Source: Antedon mediterranea (taxonomy: Eukaryota; Animalia; Echinodermata). From it: a DNA stretch of 64,000 bases. The DNA lies in the NCBI RefSeq assembly GCF_964355755.1, contig NC_092670.1, positions 2,904,201-2,968,200 on the forward strand, written 5' to 3'. The stretch's first letter is position 1, and every line of letters starts with the position of its first letter. Shown here piece by piece: positions 26,265 to 38,620 of the stretch. The position numbers were made by a program, and so were the translations under genes. The notes beneath the pieces are model-generated. The model searched no databases and was not told where the DNA came from. It was given only the letters and a program-made list of their open reading frames with translations.

Positions 26265-29200
26265 TTAAATATAATTTTTCTTATCTAAATTGATATAAAC
26301 ATGTTCCCTGTGATGAATAATATCATATTTACTCAATAAAAATGTATTTAAAGGTACATTTGAGCATTTACAGGATTTTTTTCTTGAGGGCGTGTTTTTT
26401 GTTGAACACGTATTTAATTGCTTTAAATATAATTTTTCTTATCTAAATTAATATAAACATGTTCCCTGTGATGAATAATATCATATTCACTAAATAAAAA
26501 TGTATTTAAAGGTACATTTGAGCATTTACAGGATTTTTTCTTGAGAGCGTGTTTTTTGTTGAACACGTATTTAATTGCTTTAAATATAATTTAACTTATC
26601 TAAATTGATATAAACATGTTCCCTGTGATGAATAATATCATATTCACTCAATAAAAATGTATTTAAAGGTACATTTGAGCATTTACAGGATTTTTTCTTG
26701 AGAGCGTGTTTTTTGTTGAAAACGTATTCAATTGCTTTAAATATAATTTTTCTTATCTAAATTGATATATACATGTTCCCTGTGATGAATAATATCATAT
26801 TCACTCAATCAAAATGTATTTAAAGGTACATTTAAGTATTTACAGGATTTTTTCTTGAGAGCGTGTTTTTTGTTGAACACGTATTTAATTGCTTTAAATA
26901 TAATTTAACTTATCTAAATTGATATAAACATGTTCCCTGTGATGAATAATATCGTATTCACTCATTAAATATTTATTTAAAGGTACATTTGAGCATTTAC
27001 AGGATTTTTTCTTGAGAGCGTGTTTTTTGTTGAACACGTATTTAATTGCTTTAAATATAATTTAACTTATCCAAATTGATATAAACATGTTCCCTGTGAT
27101 GAATAATATCGTATTCACTCATTAAATATTTATTTAAAGGTACATTTGAGCATTTACAGGATTTTTTCTTGAGAGTGTGTTTTTTGTTGAACACGTACAG
27201 TATTTAATTGCTTTAAATATAATTTTTCTTATCTAAATTGATATATACATGTTCCCTGTGATGAATAATATCATATTCACTCAATCAAAATGTATTTAAA
27301 GGTACATTTAAGTATTTACAGGATTTTTTCTTGAGAGCGTGTTTTTTGTTGAACACGTATTTAATTGCTTTAAATATAATTTAACTTATCTAAATTGATA
27401 TAAACATGTTCCCTGTGATGAATAATATCGTATTCACTCATTAAATATTTATTTAAAGGTACATTTGAGCATTTACAGGATTTTTTCTTGAGAGCGTGTT
27501 TTTTGTTGAACACGTATTTAATTGCTTTAAATATAATTTAACTTATCTAAATTGATATAAACATGTTCCCTGTGATGAATAACATCATATTCACTCAATA
27601 AAAATGTATTTAAAGGTACATTTGAGCATTTACAGGATTTTTTCTTGAGAGCGTGTTTTTTGTTGAACACGTCTTTAATTGCTTTAAATATAATTTTTCT
27701 TATCTAAATTGATATAAACATGTTCCCTGTGATGAATGATATCACTCATTAAATATTTATTTAAAGGTACATTTGAGCATTTACAGGATTTTTTCTTGAG
27801 AGCGTGTTTTTTGTTGAACACGTATTTAATTGCTTTAAATATAATTTTTCTTATCTAAATTGAAATATAAACATGTTCCCTGTGATGAATAATATCATAT
27901 TCACTAATTAAATATTTATTTAAAGGTACATTTGAGCATTTACAGGATTTTTTCTTGAGAGCGTGTTTGTTGTTGAACACATATTTAATTGCTTTAAATA
28001 TAATTTTTCTTATCTAAATTGATATATACATGTTCCCTGTGATGAATAATATCATATTCACTCAATCAAAATGTATTTAAAGGTACATTTAAGTATTTAC
28101 AGGATTTTTTCTTGAGAGCGTGTTTTTTGTTGAACACGTATTTAATTGCTTTAAATATAATTTAACTTATCTAAATTGATATAAACATGTTCCCTGTGAT
28201 GAATAATATCGTATTCACTCATTAAATATTTATTTAAAGGTACATTTGAGCATTTACAGGATTTTTTCTTGAGAGCGTGTTTTTTGTTGAACACGTATTT
28301 AATTGCTTTAAATATAATTTAACTTATCTAAATTGATATAAACATGTTCCCTGTGATGAATAACATCATATTCACTCAATAAAAATGTATTTAAAGGTAC
28401 ATTTGAGCATTTACAGGATTTTTTCTTGAGAGCGTGTTTTTTGTTGAACACGTCTTTAATTGCTTTAAATATAATTTTTCTTATCTAAATTGATATAAAC
28501 ATGTTCCCTGTGATGAATGATATCATATTCACTCATTAAATATTTATTTAAAGGTACATTTGAGCATTTACAGGATTTTTTCTTGAGAGCGTGTTTTTTG
28601 TTGAACACGTATTTAATTGCTTTAAATATAATTTTTCTTATCTAAATTGAAATATAAACATGTTCCCTGTGATGAATAATATCATATTCACTAATTAAAT
28701 ATTTATTTAAAGGTACATTTGAGCATTTACAGGATTTTTTCTTGAGAGCGTGTTTGTTGTTGAACACATATTTAATTGCTTTAAATATAATTTTTCTTAT
28801 CTAAATTGATATAAACATGTTCCCTGTGATGAATAATATCATATTCACTCAATAAAAATGTATTTAAAGGTACATTTGAGCATTTACAGGATTTTTTTCT
28901 TGAGGGCGTGTTTTTTGTTGAACACGTATTTAATTGCTTTAAATATAATTTTTCTTATCTAAATTAATATAAACATGTTCCCTGTGATGAATAATATCAT
29001 ATTCACTAAATAAAAATGTATTTAAAGGTACATTTGAGCATTTACAGGATTTTTTCTTGAGAGCGTGTTTTTTGTTGAACACGTATTTAATTGCTTTAAA
29101 TATAATTTAACTTATCTAAATTGATATAAAAATGTTCCCTGTGATGAATAATATCATATTCACTCAATAAAAATGTATTTAAAGGTACATTTGAGCATTT

Positions 29201-32200
29201 ACAGGATTTTTTCTTGAGAGCGTGTTTTTTGTTGAAAACGTATTCAATTGCTTTAAATATAATTTTTCTTATCTAAATTGATATATACATGTTCCCTGTG
29301 ATGAATAATATCATATTCACTCAATCAAAATGTATTTAAAGGTACATTTAAGTATTTACAGGATTTTTTCTTGAGAGCGTGTTTTTTGTTGAACACGTAT
29401 TTAATTGCTTTAAATATAATTTAACTTATCTAAATTCATATAAACATGTTCCCTGTGATGAATAATATCGTATTCACTCATTAAATATTTATTTAAAGGT
29501 ACATTTGAGCATTTACAGGATTTTTTCTTGAGAGCGTGTTTTTTGTTGAACACGTATTTAATTGCTTTAAATATAATTTAACTTATCCAAATTGATATAA
29601 ACATGTTCCCTGTGATGAATAATATCGTATTCACTCATTAAATATTTATTTAAAGGTACATTTGAGCATTTACAGGATTTTTTCTTGAGAGTGTGTTTTT
29701 TGTTGAACACGTATTTAATTGCTTTAAATATAATTTAACTTATCTAAATTGATATAAACATGTTCCCTGTGATGAATAATATCGTATTCACTCATTAAAT
29801 ATTTATTTAAAGGTACATTTGAGCATTTACAGGATTTTTTCTTGAGAGCGTGTTTTTTATTGAACACGTATTCAATTGCTTTAAATATAATTTTTCTTAT
29901 CTAAATTGATATAAACATGTTCCCTGTGATGAATAACATCATATTCACTCAATAAAAATGTATTTAAAGGTACATTTGAGCATTTACAGGATTTTTTCTT
30001 GAGAGTGTGTTTTTTGTTGAACACGTATTTAATTGCTTTAAATATAATTTAACTTATCTAAATTGATATAAACATGTTCCCTGTGATGAATAACATCATA
30101 TTCACTCAATAAAAATGTATTTAAAGGTACATTTGAGCATTTACAGGATTTTTTCTTGAGAGCGTGTTTTTTGTTGAACACGTCTTTAATTGCTTTAAAT
30201 ATAATTTTTCTTATCTAAATTGATATAAACATGTTCCCTGTGATGAATAATATCATATTCACTCAATAAAAATGTATTTAAAGGTACATTTGAGCATTTA
30301 CAGGATTTTTTCTTGAGAGCGTGTTTTTTGTTGAACACGTATTTAATTGCTTTAAATATAATTTAACTTATCTAAATTGATATAAACATGTTCCCTGTGA
30401 TGAATAATATCGTATTCACTCATTAAATATTTATTTAAAGGTACATTTGAGCATTTACAGGATTTTTTCTTGAGAGCGTGTTTTTTGTTGAACACGTATT
30501 TAATTGCTTTAAATATAATTTAACTTATCTAAATTGATATAAACATGTTCCCTGTGATGAATAATATCGTATTCACTCATTAAATATTTATTTAAAGGTA
30601 CATTTGAGCATTTACAGGATTTTTTCTTGAGAGTGTGTTTTTTGTTGAACACGTATTTAATTGCTTTAAATATAATTTAACTTATCTAAATTGATATAAA
30701 CATGTTCCCTGTGATGAATAACATCATATTCACTCAATAAAAATGTATTTAAAGGTACATTTGAGCATTTACAGGATTTTTTCTTGAGAGTGTCTTTTTT
30801 GTTGAACACGTATTTAATTGCTTTAAATATAATTTAACTTATCTAAATTGATATAAACATGTTCCCTGTGATGAATAATATCGTATTCACTCATTAAATA
30901 TTTATTTAAAGGTACATTTGAGCATTTACAGGATTTTTTCTTGAGAGCGTGTTTTTTATTGAACACGTATTCAATTGCTTTAAATATAATTTTTCTTATC
31001 TAAATTGATATAAACATGTTCCCTGTGATGAATAACATCATATTCACTCAATAAAAATGTATTTAAAGGTACATTTGAGCATTTACAGGATTTTTTCTTG
31101 AGAGCGTGTTTTTTGTTGAACACGTCTTTAATTGCTTTAAATATAATTTTTCTTATCTAAATTGATATAAACATGTTCCCTGTGATGAATGATATCATAT
31201 TCACTCATTAAATATTTATTTAAAGGTACATTTGAGCATTTACAGGATTTTTTCTTGAGAGCGTGTTTTTTGTTGAACACGTATTTAATTGCTTTAAATA
31301 TAATTTAACTTATCTAAATTGATATAAACATGTTCCCTGTGATGAATAATATCATATTCACTCAATAAAAATGTATTTAAAGGTACATTTGAGCATTTAC
31401 AGGATTTTTTCTTGAGAGCGTGTTTTTTTTTTGAACACGTATTTAATTGCTTTAAATATAATTTAACTTATCTAAATTGATATAAACATGTTCCCTGTGA
31501 TGAATAATATCGTATTCACTCATTAAATATTTATTTAAAGGTACGTTTGAGCATTTACAGGATTTTTTCTTGAGAGCGTGTTTTTTATTGAACACGTATT
31601 CAATTGCTTTAAATATAATTTTTCTTATCTAAATTGATATAAACATGTTCCCTGTGATGAATAACATCATATTCACTCAATAAAAATGTATTTAAAGGTA
31701 CATTTGAGCATTTACAGGATTTTTTCTTGAGAGCGTGTTTTTTGTTGAACACGTCTTTAATTGCTTTAAATATAATTTTTCTTATCTAAATTGATATAAA
31801 CATGTTCCCTGTGATGAATGATATCATATTCACTCATTAAATATTTATTTAAAGGTACATTTGAGCATTTACAGGATTTTTTCTTGAGAGCGTGTTTTTT
31901 GTTGAAGACGTATTTAATTGCTTTAAATATAATTTAACTTATCTAAATTGATATAAACATGTTCCCTGTGATGAATAATATCATATTCACTCAATAAAAA
32001 TGTATTTAAAGGTACATTTGAGCATTTACAGGATTTTTTCTTGAGAGCGTGTTTTTTGTTGAACACGTATTTAATTGCTTTAAATATAATTTAACTTATC
32101 TAAACTGATATAAACATGTTCCCTGTGATGAATAATATCGTATTCACTCATTAAATATTTATTTAAAGGTACGTTTGAGCATTTACAGGATTTTTTCTTG

Positions 32201-33660
32201 AGAGCGTGTTTTTTGTTGAACACGTATTTAATTGCTTTAAATATAATTTAACTTATCTAAATTGATATAAACATGTTCCCTGTGATGAATAATATCGTAT
32301 TCACTCATTAAATATTTATTTAAGGGTACATTTGAGCATTTACAGGATTTTTTCTTGAGAGTGTGTTTTTTGTTGAACACGTATTTAATTGCTTTAAATA
32401 TAATTTAACTTATCTAAATTGATATAAACATGTTCCCTGTGATGAATAATATCGTATTCACTCATTAAATATTTATTTAAAGGTACATTTGAGCATTTAC
32501 AGGATTTTTTCTTGAGAGCGTGTTTTTTATTGAACACGTATTCAATTGCTTTAAATATAATTTTTCTTATCTAAATTGATATAAACATGTTCCCTGTGAT
32601 GAATAACATCATATTCACTCAATAAAAATGTATTTAAAGGTACATTTGAGCATTTACAGGATTTTTTCTTGAGAGCGTGTTTTTTGTTGAACACGTCTTT
32701 AATTGCTTTAAATATAATTTTTCTTATCTAAATTGATATAAACATGTTCCCTGTGATGAATGATATCATATTCACTCATTAAATATTTATTTAAAGGTAC
32801 ATTTGAGCATTTACAGGATTTTTTCTTGAGAGCGTGTTTTTTGTTGAACACGTATTTAATTGCTTTAAATATAATTTTTCTTATTTAAATTGATATAAAC
32901 ATGTTCCCTGTGATGAATAATATCATATTCACTCATTAAATATTTATTTAAAGGTACATTTGAGCATTTACAGGATTTTTTCTTGAGAGCGTGTTTTTTG
33001 TTGAACACATATTTAATTGCTTTAAATATAATTTTTCTTATCTAAATTGATATAAACATGTTCCCTGTGATGAATAATATCATATTCACTCAATAAAAAT
33101 GTATTTAAAAGGTACATTTGAGCATTTACAGGATTTTTTTCTTGAGGGCGTGTTTTTTGTTGAACACGTATTTAATTGCTTTAAATATAATTTTTCTTAT
33201 CTAAATTAATATAAACATGTTCCCTGTGATGAATAATATCATATTCACTAAATAAAAATGTATTTAAAGGTACATTTGAGCATTTACAGGATTTTTTCTT
33301 GAGAACGTGTTTTTTGTTGAACACGTATTTAATTGCTTTAAATATAATTTAACTTATCTAAATTGATATAAACATGTTCCCTGTGATGAATAATATCATA
33401 TTCACTCAATAAAAATGTATTTAAAGGTACATTTGAGCATTTACAGGATTTTTTCTTGAGAGCGTGTTTTTTGTTGAAAACGTATTCAATTGCTTTAAAT
33501 ATATTTTTTCTTATCTAAATTGATATATACATGTTCCCTGTGATGAATAATATCATATTCACTCAATCAAAATGTATTTAAAGGTACATTTAAGTATTTA
33601 CAGAAATTTCCCGTGTGAGCGTGTTTTTATATAAACAGTATTTGTTTATTTTAAATCTAC
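26265..33660. repeat. 157-bp satellite array, block 2 (~47 units)
   Basis: Near-identical 157-bp units. The last one degenerates ~40 bp before the splice acceptor at 33701. Confidence 0.97.
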
Positions 33661-33701
33661 TTTGATATTAATGTATACATGTATTATCATATCCCGTCCA
33701 G

Positions 33702-33875
33702 GTGTAGTCGTATTAGATATACAACATGCTATTAACAGCGTTGAGCGATGCACAGAAAATATTCACCCAGGATGTTTTGGATGGCATTGTTCAATGTGTT
33801 CGTATACTAACCTGAGATGGAGAGTTAAGAACCATATTAAAAGCGTTCACTGGGGTTCTCGGGTTGAGTTCGGTG
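33702..33875 (+). CDS. KDZ/Zisupton-type (HMGXB3-like) transposase gene, exon 2 (C2H2 finger)
   Basis: ccag|gt...g|gtaagt; WHCSMCSYTNLRWRVKNHIKSVH. Confidence 0.75.
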
Positions 33876-34018
33876 GTAAGTAACATTATTGTTCTTTGAA
33901 GGTAATTCTGGACCTTAAGTAGGAAAAAGATTGTGTGCGTTTCAAAGGCATGTATTGCACTTTTTTGTAGTACAACGTATTAATGATAATTAATTGATAT
34001 ATCCACTTACATTTGCAG

Positions 34019-35281
34019 ATTTTCATTCTCTTCTATGTAAGTGTAAATCTGACATACGGACGCACTGGCAATGTCCGATTTGCTTGCCAACGTACCGTGC
34101 ATTCATAAAGCCAGGTCATCTACAAATGCACATAATTCGTTCTCATAGACCAGAAAGCGAGGTAAAGAGATTTGCTTTTGGTAAATTAGTATACACATCG
34201 GTCACTAAAAAAACTGAAGATAGCCAAAGATGCTTGTTTGAAAAAGATGCACCGGTAGAAGAATCGTTTCTAAAGGAGAACGTTTGCGATGCCATAGCCC
34301 CAAAACAACCGTCATCCATGAAAGAAGTTGCTTGTGATGACTGTGGTAAAATAATGTTAAAAAAAAATTTGAAAGTACATCGTGAAAGAGCTCATGATAA
34401 GAGACCGAATCACCATTTAGCTCTTCTGTCAACTGTATGTGTTGACCAAGATGAAGGCATTTTTGCCGTTAAAAAAAATGAGAAATCTGGTCATCACATC
34501 CATGTCGCAAAAAGAACAATTGCCGGGAAAGATATGCCAATGAATCTGTTTTGTGAGGTGGAGGAATGTATGATGTCAGCAAATCTCGCTCGTCACAGTG
34601 GTATAACATCATTCGAATGCGTACACCTTCTATCGGTTGCTGGCAGCGAACCTTATCGACAGCAAAACATACTAAATGAGAACAAGTTACAAGAGCTATC
34701 TCAACTACATTCAAAAGAAACATTGGATGCTGCAGCTTCCTTGAACAAAGCAGCCAGAATATGTGGGAAATGCAGCGTATATCCAATTTCAGAGCTGATA
34801 GAAGATAACCCTTTTTTGTTTTTTTCAGTTTATTGCCCTACAGTAAGCTACTACAGTAGACTGAAAAGAATAATAGTACATTATAAGGCGGTTGATAATT
34901 CATGGCATTGTAAATGTCCAATGGGTGAGCGGTCATGTATACATAAAGTCCTGTCAAAGTGGTACCTGCTAGAAAGTGCTCCGGAACTGTTGAAAAAAAC
35001 TCCGATCACAACAACGCAAACGTCAAAACCAAGAACCAACATTTATCCTCCATCAGATGCAACGAAAAGAAACATGGTATCCTACTGGTTAAACAATACC
35101 AGCAAAAGAATACCCTATCCCGTTCCAAAGGAGATTACACAAATCAACGTACATTCCCTTGGATTGGACTTTATACCGACAGAAGTAAGATGTACAGAGT
35201 GTCCAGGGAACCCAATGCTTGGACCACCGAAACTCATAACACGACACGCTGCAATCATTACCATGCATGGAATTATTAAAA
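34019..35281 (+). CDS. KDZ/Zisupton-type transposase gene, exon 3 (two C2H2 fingers, SWIM finger, start of CxC cluster)
   Basis: ttgcag|at...a|gtaggt; CPIC..H...H, CDDC..H...H, SWIM WHCKCPMGERSCIHK, PTEVRCTECP. Confidence 0.85.
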
Positions 35282-35436
35282 GTAGGTTTATAGTTACATA
35301 TCAATATAAATCTGTAATAGAAAAACACCAAATATATTGACATGTTCGAAAGGGATAAGGTATTGTTAAATACAGTATAACAATAATAATGTAGTATTAG
35401 CAGAACAATACAAATATATAAATTTATTCATTTAAG

Positions 35437-35576
35437 ATGTTAGATTGTACTTCAAACAATGCAACTTGTGTTCATTGACTTACCGATACCAAGAGTACAC
35501 AGACGGAATTCATAATTACAACGACAACTGGTTAATATCCTTGCACCTACTTGTGTTTTTACGCCACAGTCAGATG
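35437..35576 (+). CDS. KDZ/Zisupton-type transposase gene, exon 4 (CxC cluster)
   Basis: taag|at...atg|gtaagt; KQCNLCSLTYRYQEYTDGIHNYNDNWLISLHL, as in HMGXB3-like KDZ-associated proteins. Confidence 0.8.
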
Positions 35577-35724
35577 GTAAGTTATCGTTTATCATTATTA
35601 CCACCACCATCTTCACAACCACAAATAGCATCTATTGTTTTGGCCTACCTCAATTGGTTATAGCGTCGGGTTCGAATCTCGATTGGGGCGAAGTATCACC
35701 CAGTATGTATCTCTTTTTTTTCAG

Positions 35725-35926
35725 AGTCACACGGCTGCCGGTAGTGTCCTTAATGCTTTAGAAAACACCATAAACGAAAAACTACCATCAAAAGTATTAC
35801 TACGTGGTTTGGAGCACTTCGAAGCCTTAAGTGACCGGTCTTATAAGTTTACGTGTGTTGCATGTGGTATTCATCCCCCTATCCTTATAACGGACTTGCA
35901 GAAAAAGGCATGTTTTTCATTGGATG
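35725..35926 (+). CDS. KDZ/Zisupton-type transposase gene, exon 5
   Basis: ttcag|agt...g|gtaagt; HFEALSDRSYKFTCVACGIHPPILITDLQKKACF. Confidence 0.8.
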
Positions 35927-36094
35927 GTAAGTTCATGGACTGACTATTCAGTAGGCCTATATCATTAGCAATTTAAAAAAAATGTGTGTAATCCCCGCCC
36001 AGTCTCATCCCACAAATATAAATGGAGGATACGTATAAGCAATTTACTTCAGATTATTAGAAGTAATACATAGCAAACCACCTTGAAATTGTAG

Positions 36095-36202
36095 TTTCAG
36101 AGTTGGAGCTGCCGGACCTTACAGATGAGAGCGACTCCGTTGACATTGAAGACTTTTGGACGAACGTAAAAAAAGAGAAGCTGATGAATGGGTTACTCAC
36201 AG
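36095..36202 (+). CDS. KDZ/Zisupton-type transposase gene, exon 6 (last recognisable exon)
   Basis: gtag|tt...g|gttagt; VSELELP...VDIEDFWTNVKKEKLMNGLL; phases are consistent with exon 5. Confidence 0.7.
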
Positions 36203-36264
36203 GTTAGTGTTTTTTTTTAATTGGATAAAATAATCAATGTTTGATGTGCTTATGCATTTACTTT

Positions 36265-36345
36265 AAACAAGGCCATATAGATGGCTGCAGTCGCGTGCTC
36301 ATTAGTGTTTACCGACCGACCGACCAACCTACCAACTGACAGAAA
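36265..36345 (+). repeat. Short dispersed repeat with (CCGA)n; second copy at ~57968-58070
   Basis: aaacaaggccata..atggctgc.gtc.cgtg...ttagtgtttaccgacc at both sites. Confidence 0.6.
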
Positions 36346-38620
36346 TTACTGAACATGTTTAAAAATGTTGAACTGTTTATATTTTTTTAATTTACACGTG
36401 CGTAGCCTGTCACTTTTTACGTGTTCGTATAACGTAATTTCGAGTTGAAAAGTAAGTCAAGAAAACAGAAATCGGGCAAAAAGAGTGCGCAATAACATTT
36501 AACTCTATTTAGTAGGCCTAGCCTAGCCTCGGTCCTAGACTACTAACTAGCTAGCTAGGCCTATATAGGCCTAGGCGGCGCTGCTGCAGTTTCGCACCAC
36601 ACTGTTATATCTTCGATTTCTACTGCAGTAGCGCCGCCTAGGCTAGGCCTAAAGGCCTAGTAGGCCTACTAGGCCTAGGCCCTAGGCCTAGAATAGTAGT
36701 AGGGCCTAGCCTAGGCCTAGTACTAGTAGGCTAGCCTCTCCTAGCTAGCCTACTAGGGTATGTGACCTTCAAATAAAAATCTTTTTTTTTAAACTTATTT
36801 ACTTACCAGTACTTTACTTAACTAGGCATCAGCAGTGTTACTTACTAAAAAACGCATTTCAGCGAAAAAAATCGTGGATTGTCACTGTGTAGGCCCCTAG
36901 ACTTTGACGGAAAGTGAGTTTGAAACACTAGAGTAACGCCAATTGACGCGAAATGACAGTGGATAGCAAACACCCACGAACAGAATGGTACATGCAATAC
37001 CTCAAGTAAAATGCAATATATGTAGGGCATATCCTCAGCGACGTGCTGCAGCAAACTGCCTTTCGTTTTAACATAATATAGGCCTACATTTACTACTACC
37101 TAGTATCTTTACTAGGCTAAAATTAATAAAACAGACCACCTACCATAACTCTTACGCCCGTATTCTTAAACCGGACTTTAGTCGTAGTTCGAGCTAAAAC
37201 TTAAAAAATGACGTCATTTTAATTCATAAACCGAACTTCAACTAAATCACCGACTAAATCAGGCCAACCTCGACTAAATCGAGACGGATTTTGATCGATT
37301 TTTTTAGTCCTGGAGGGGGCAGACTAAATGGTCGACTAAATGGTTTTTAAACGATGTTTATAAAAAACGTAACAATCATTGAGTTGTTATATTGGCCAGA
37401 TATTGATGAATGAAATATCTATATTTATATTAGCTTAATTAAATATACATTGGTATAAATTATAATAATGAAAATCATCTTTATTTACAACTGTATACAA
37501 ATTACATTATTTTCTTCGCGCAAGTCCGACTTGAGCTACGTCACGCCATAGCGACAATGGGAGATGCTGCAATTCACCACGCGATGGAATGTTTAGGGGG
37601 CCTAGCGCTTTCTTGTGACGCTATGAAGTGCGTGGTTCGTGGCGATCATACTTTGTTGGGGGCCTAAAAAATATAAAAGTTACCGTACCGCCATGGTTCC
37701 TAAATATATATAGTCTTAACTCGATCTTCTCAGTAAAATTTTAAATGGCTGACCCGCGCGCGATTTTTTTTTTTCGTACATAAGTTGGGGACCCCCTCAT
37801 GAAACGTCACAAAATAAACATGAATAATTCATCAGTAAATGTGTTGTTACGTGTGCACCCAAGCGTATAGCAACAAGAAGCGAATACGCAACTAACTGCG
37901 ATACGATAGAGTGTTGACAAAGTGCGAGGCAAGCGAGGCATGCCAAATATTTGTGCGAGGCATCATTTTATCATTTCCAAAAGTGCGAGGCATATAGTTT
38001 ACAATTTCAAAAAGGTGCGAGGCATATCTTAACGTGCTATTATGCTATATTATAGGCCTAATAATCAATCGATACAAGCGTATCTAAATAGATTCGTGTA
38101 TACACTCATCATGTTGTTTATTTTTATGTAACGATTGTTTTTTTCATTCAAGTCATATCGTGTCAAATTTTACTTTTACAAAAGTGCCCAAACTACGGTT
38201 AAAAAATCTGAACGACAGTCTTCAACTTTCGATAAACAATAATTGTTATAGCGACACACTCATCAAATGACTGCAATGTTTGTTGGCATTTCGAGCGTGT
38301 TCACTCACATGTCTCTCGAACATAGCAGAGTGAAAATAATATTTTGTCACACCCCTGCGCCTAGATCCGGTAGACCCGATAGATGGAAAATCCCTCTTTA
38401 CTATTAGCAGGTAGCGGAATGATTCAGCCCTCAGCTCAGAGGATTGTGGTGCATTCCCCTACTATAGCACGTGGTTTCAGCAGCAACGCACAGACTTCTC
38501 TCTGAGCGGCGTGCCAAAGACATTTTTGACATTCCATTCTCTAGGAACAACACGTGTACCTCTCTCGCAAATAAGGTGAACAGCGATTGCCAGGACAAGT
38601 TCAATAACTGGCGGTGAATA

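Noticed and set aside
22320-33660. Satellite as a CRISPR-like repeat-spacer array
   Set aside because: Units are near-identical over their full 157 bp with no unique spacers, there are no cas genes, and the context is eukaryotic.
22320-33660. aaag|gtacat and tttacag|g in every monomer as recursive splice sites or repeated exons
   Set aside because: Weak consensus (AAG, no polypyrimidine tract), and the ORF track shows no ORF of 60 aa or more in the array. Unsupported without RNA data.
36510-36760. CTAG/AGGCCT-rich palindromic tract (also 17340-17950 and 2080-2320)
   Set aside because: Low-complexity motif scattered throughout the window, with no defined structure.
1235-37908. Inverted ~150-bp match (1235-1381 vs 37761-37908) as TIRs of a giant KDZ element
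   Set aside because: The copies are diverged, similarity has no defined terminus or TSD, and two fragments of a dispersed repeat explain it more simply.
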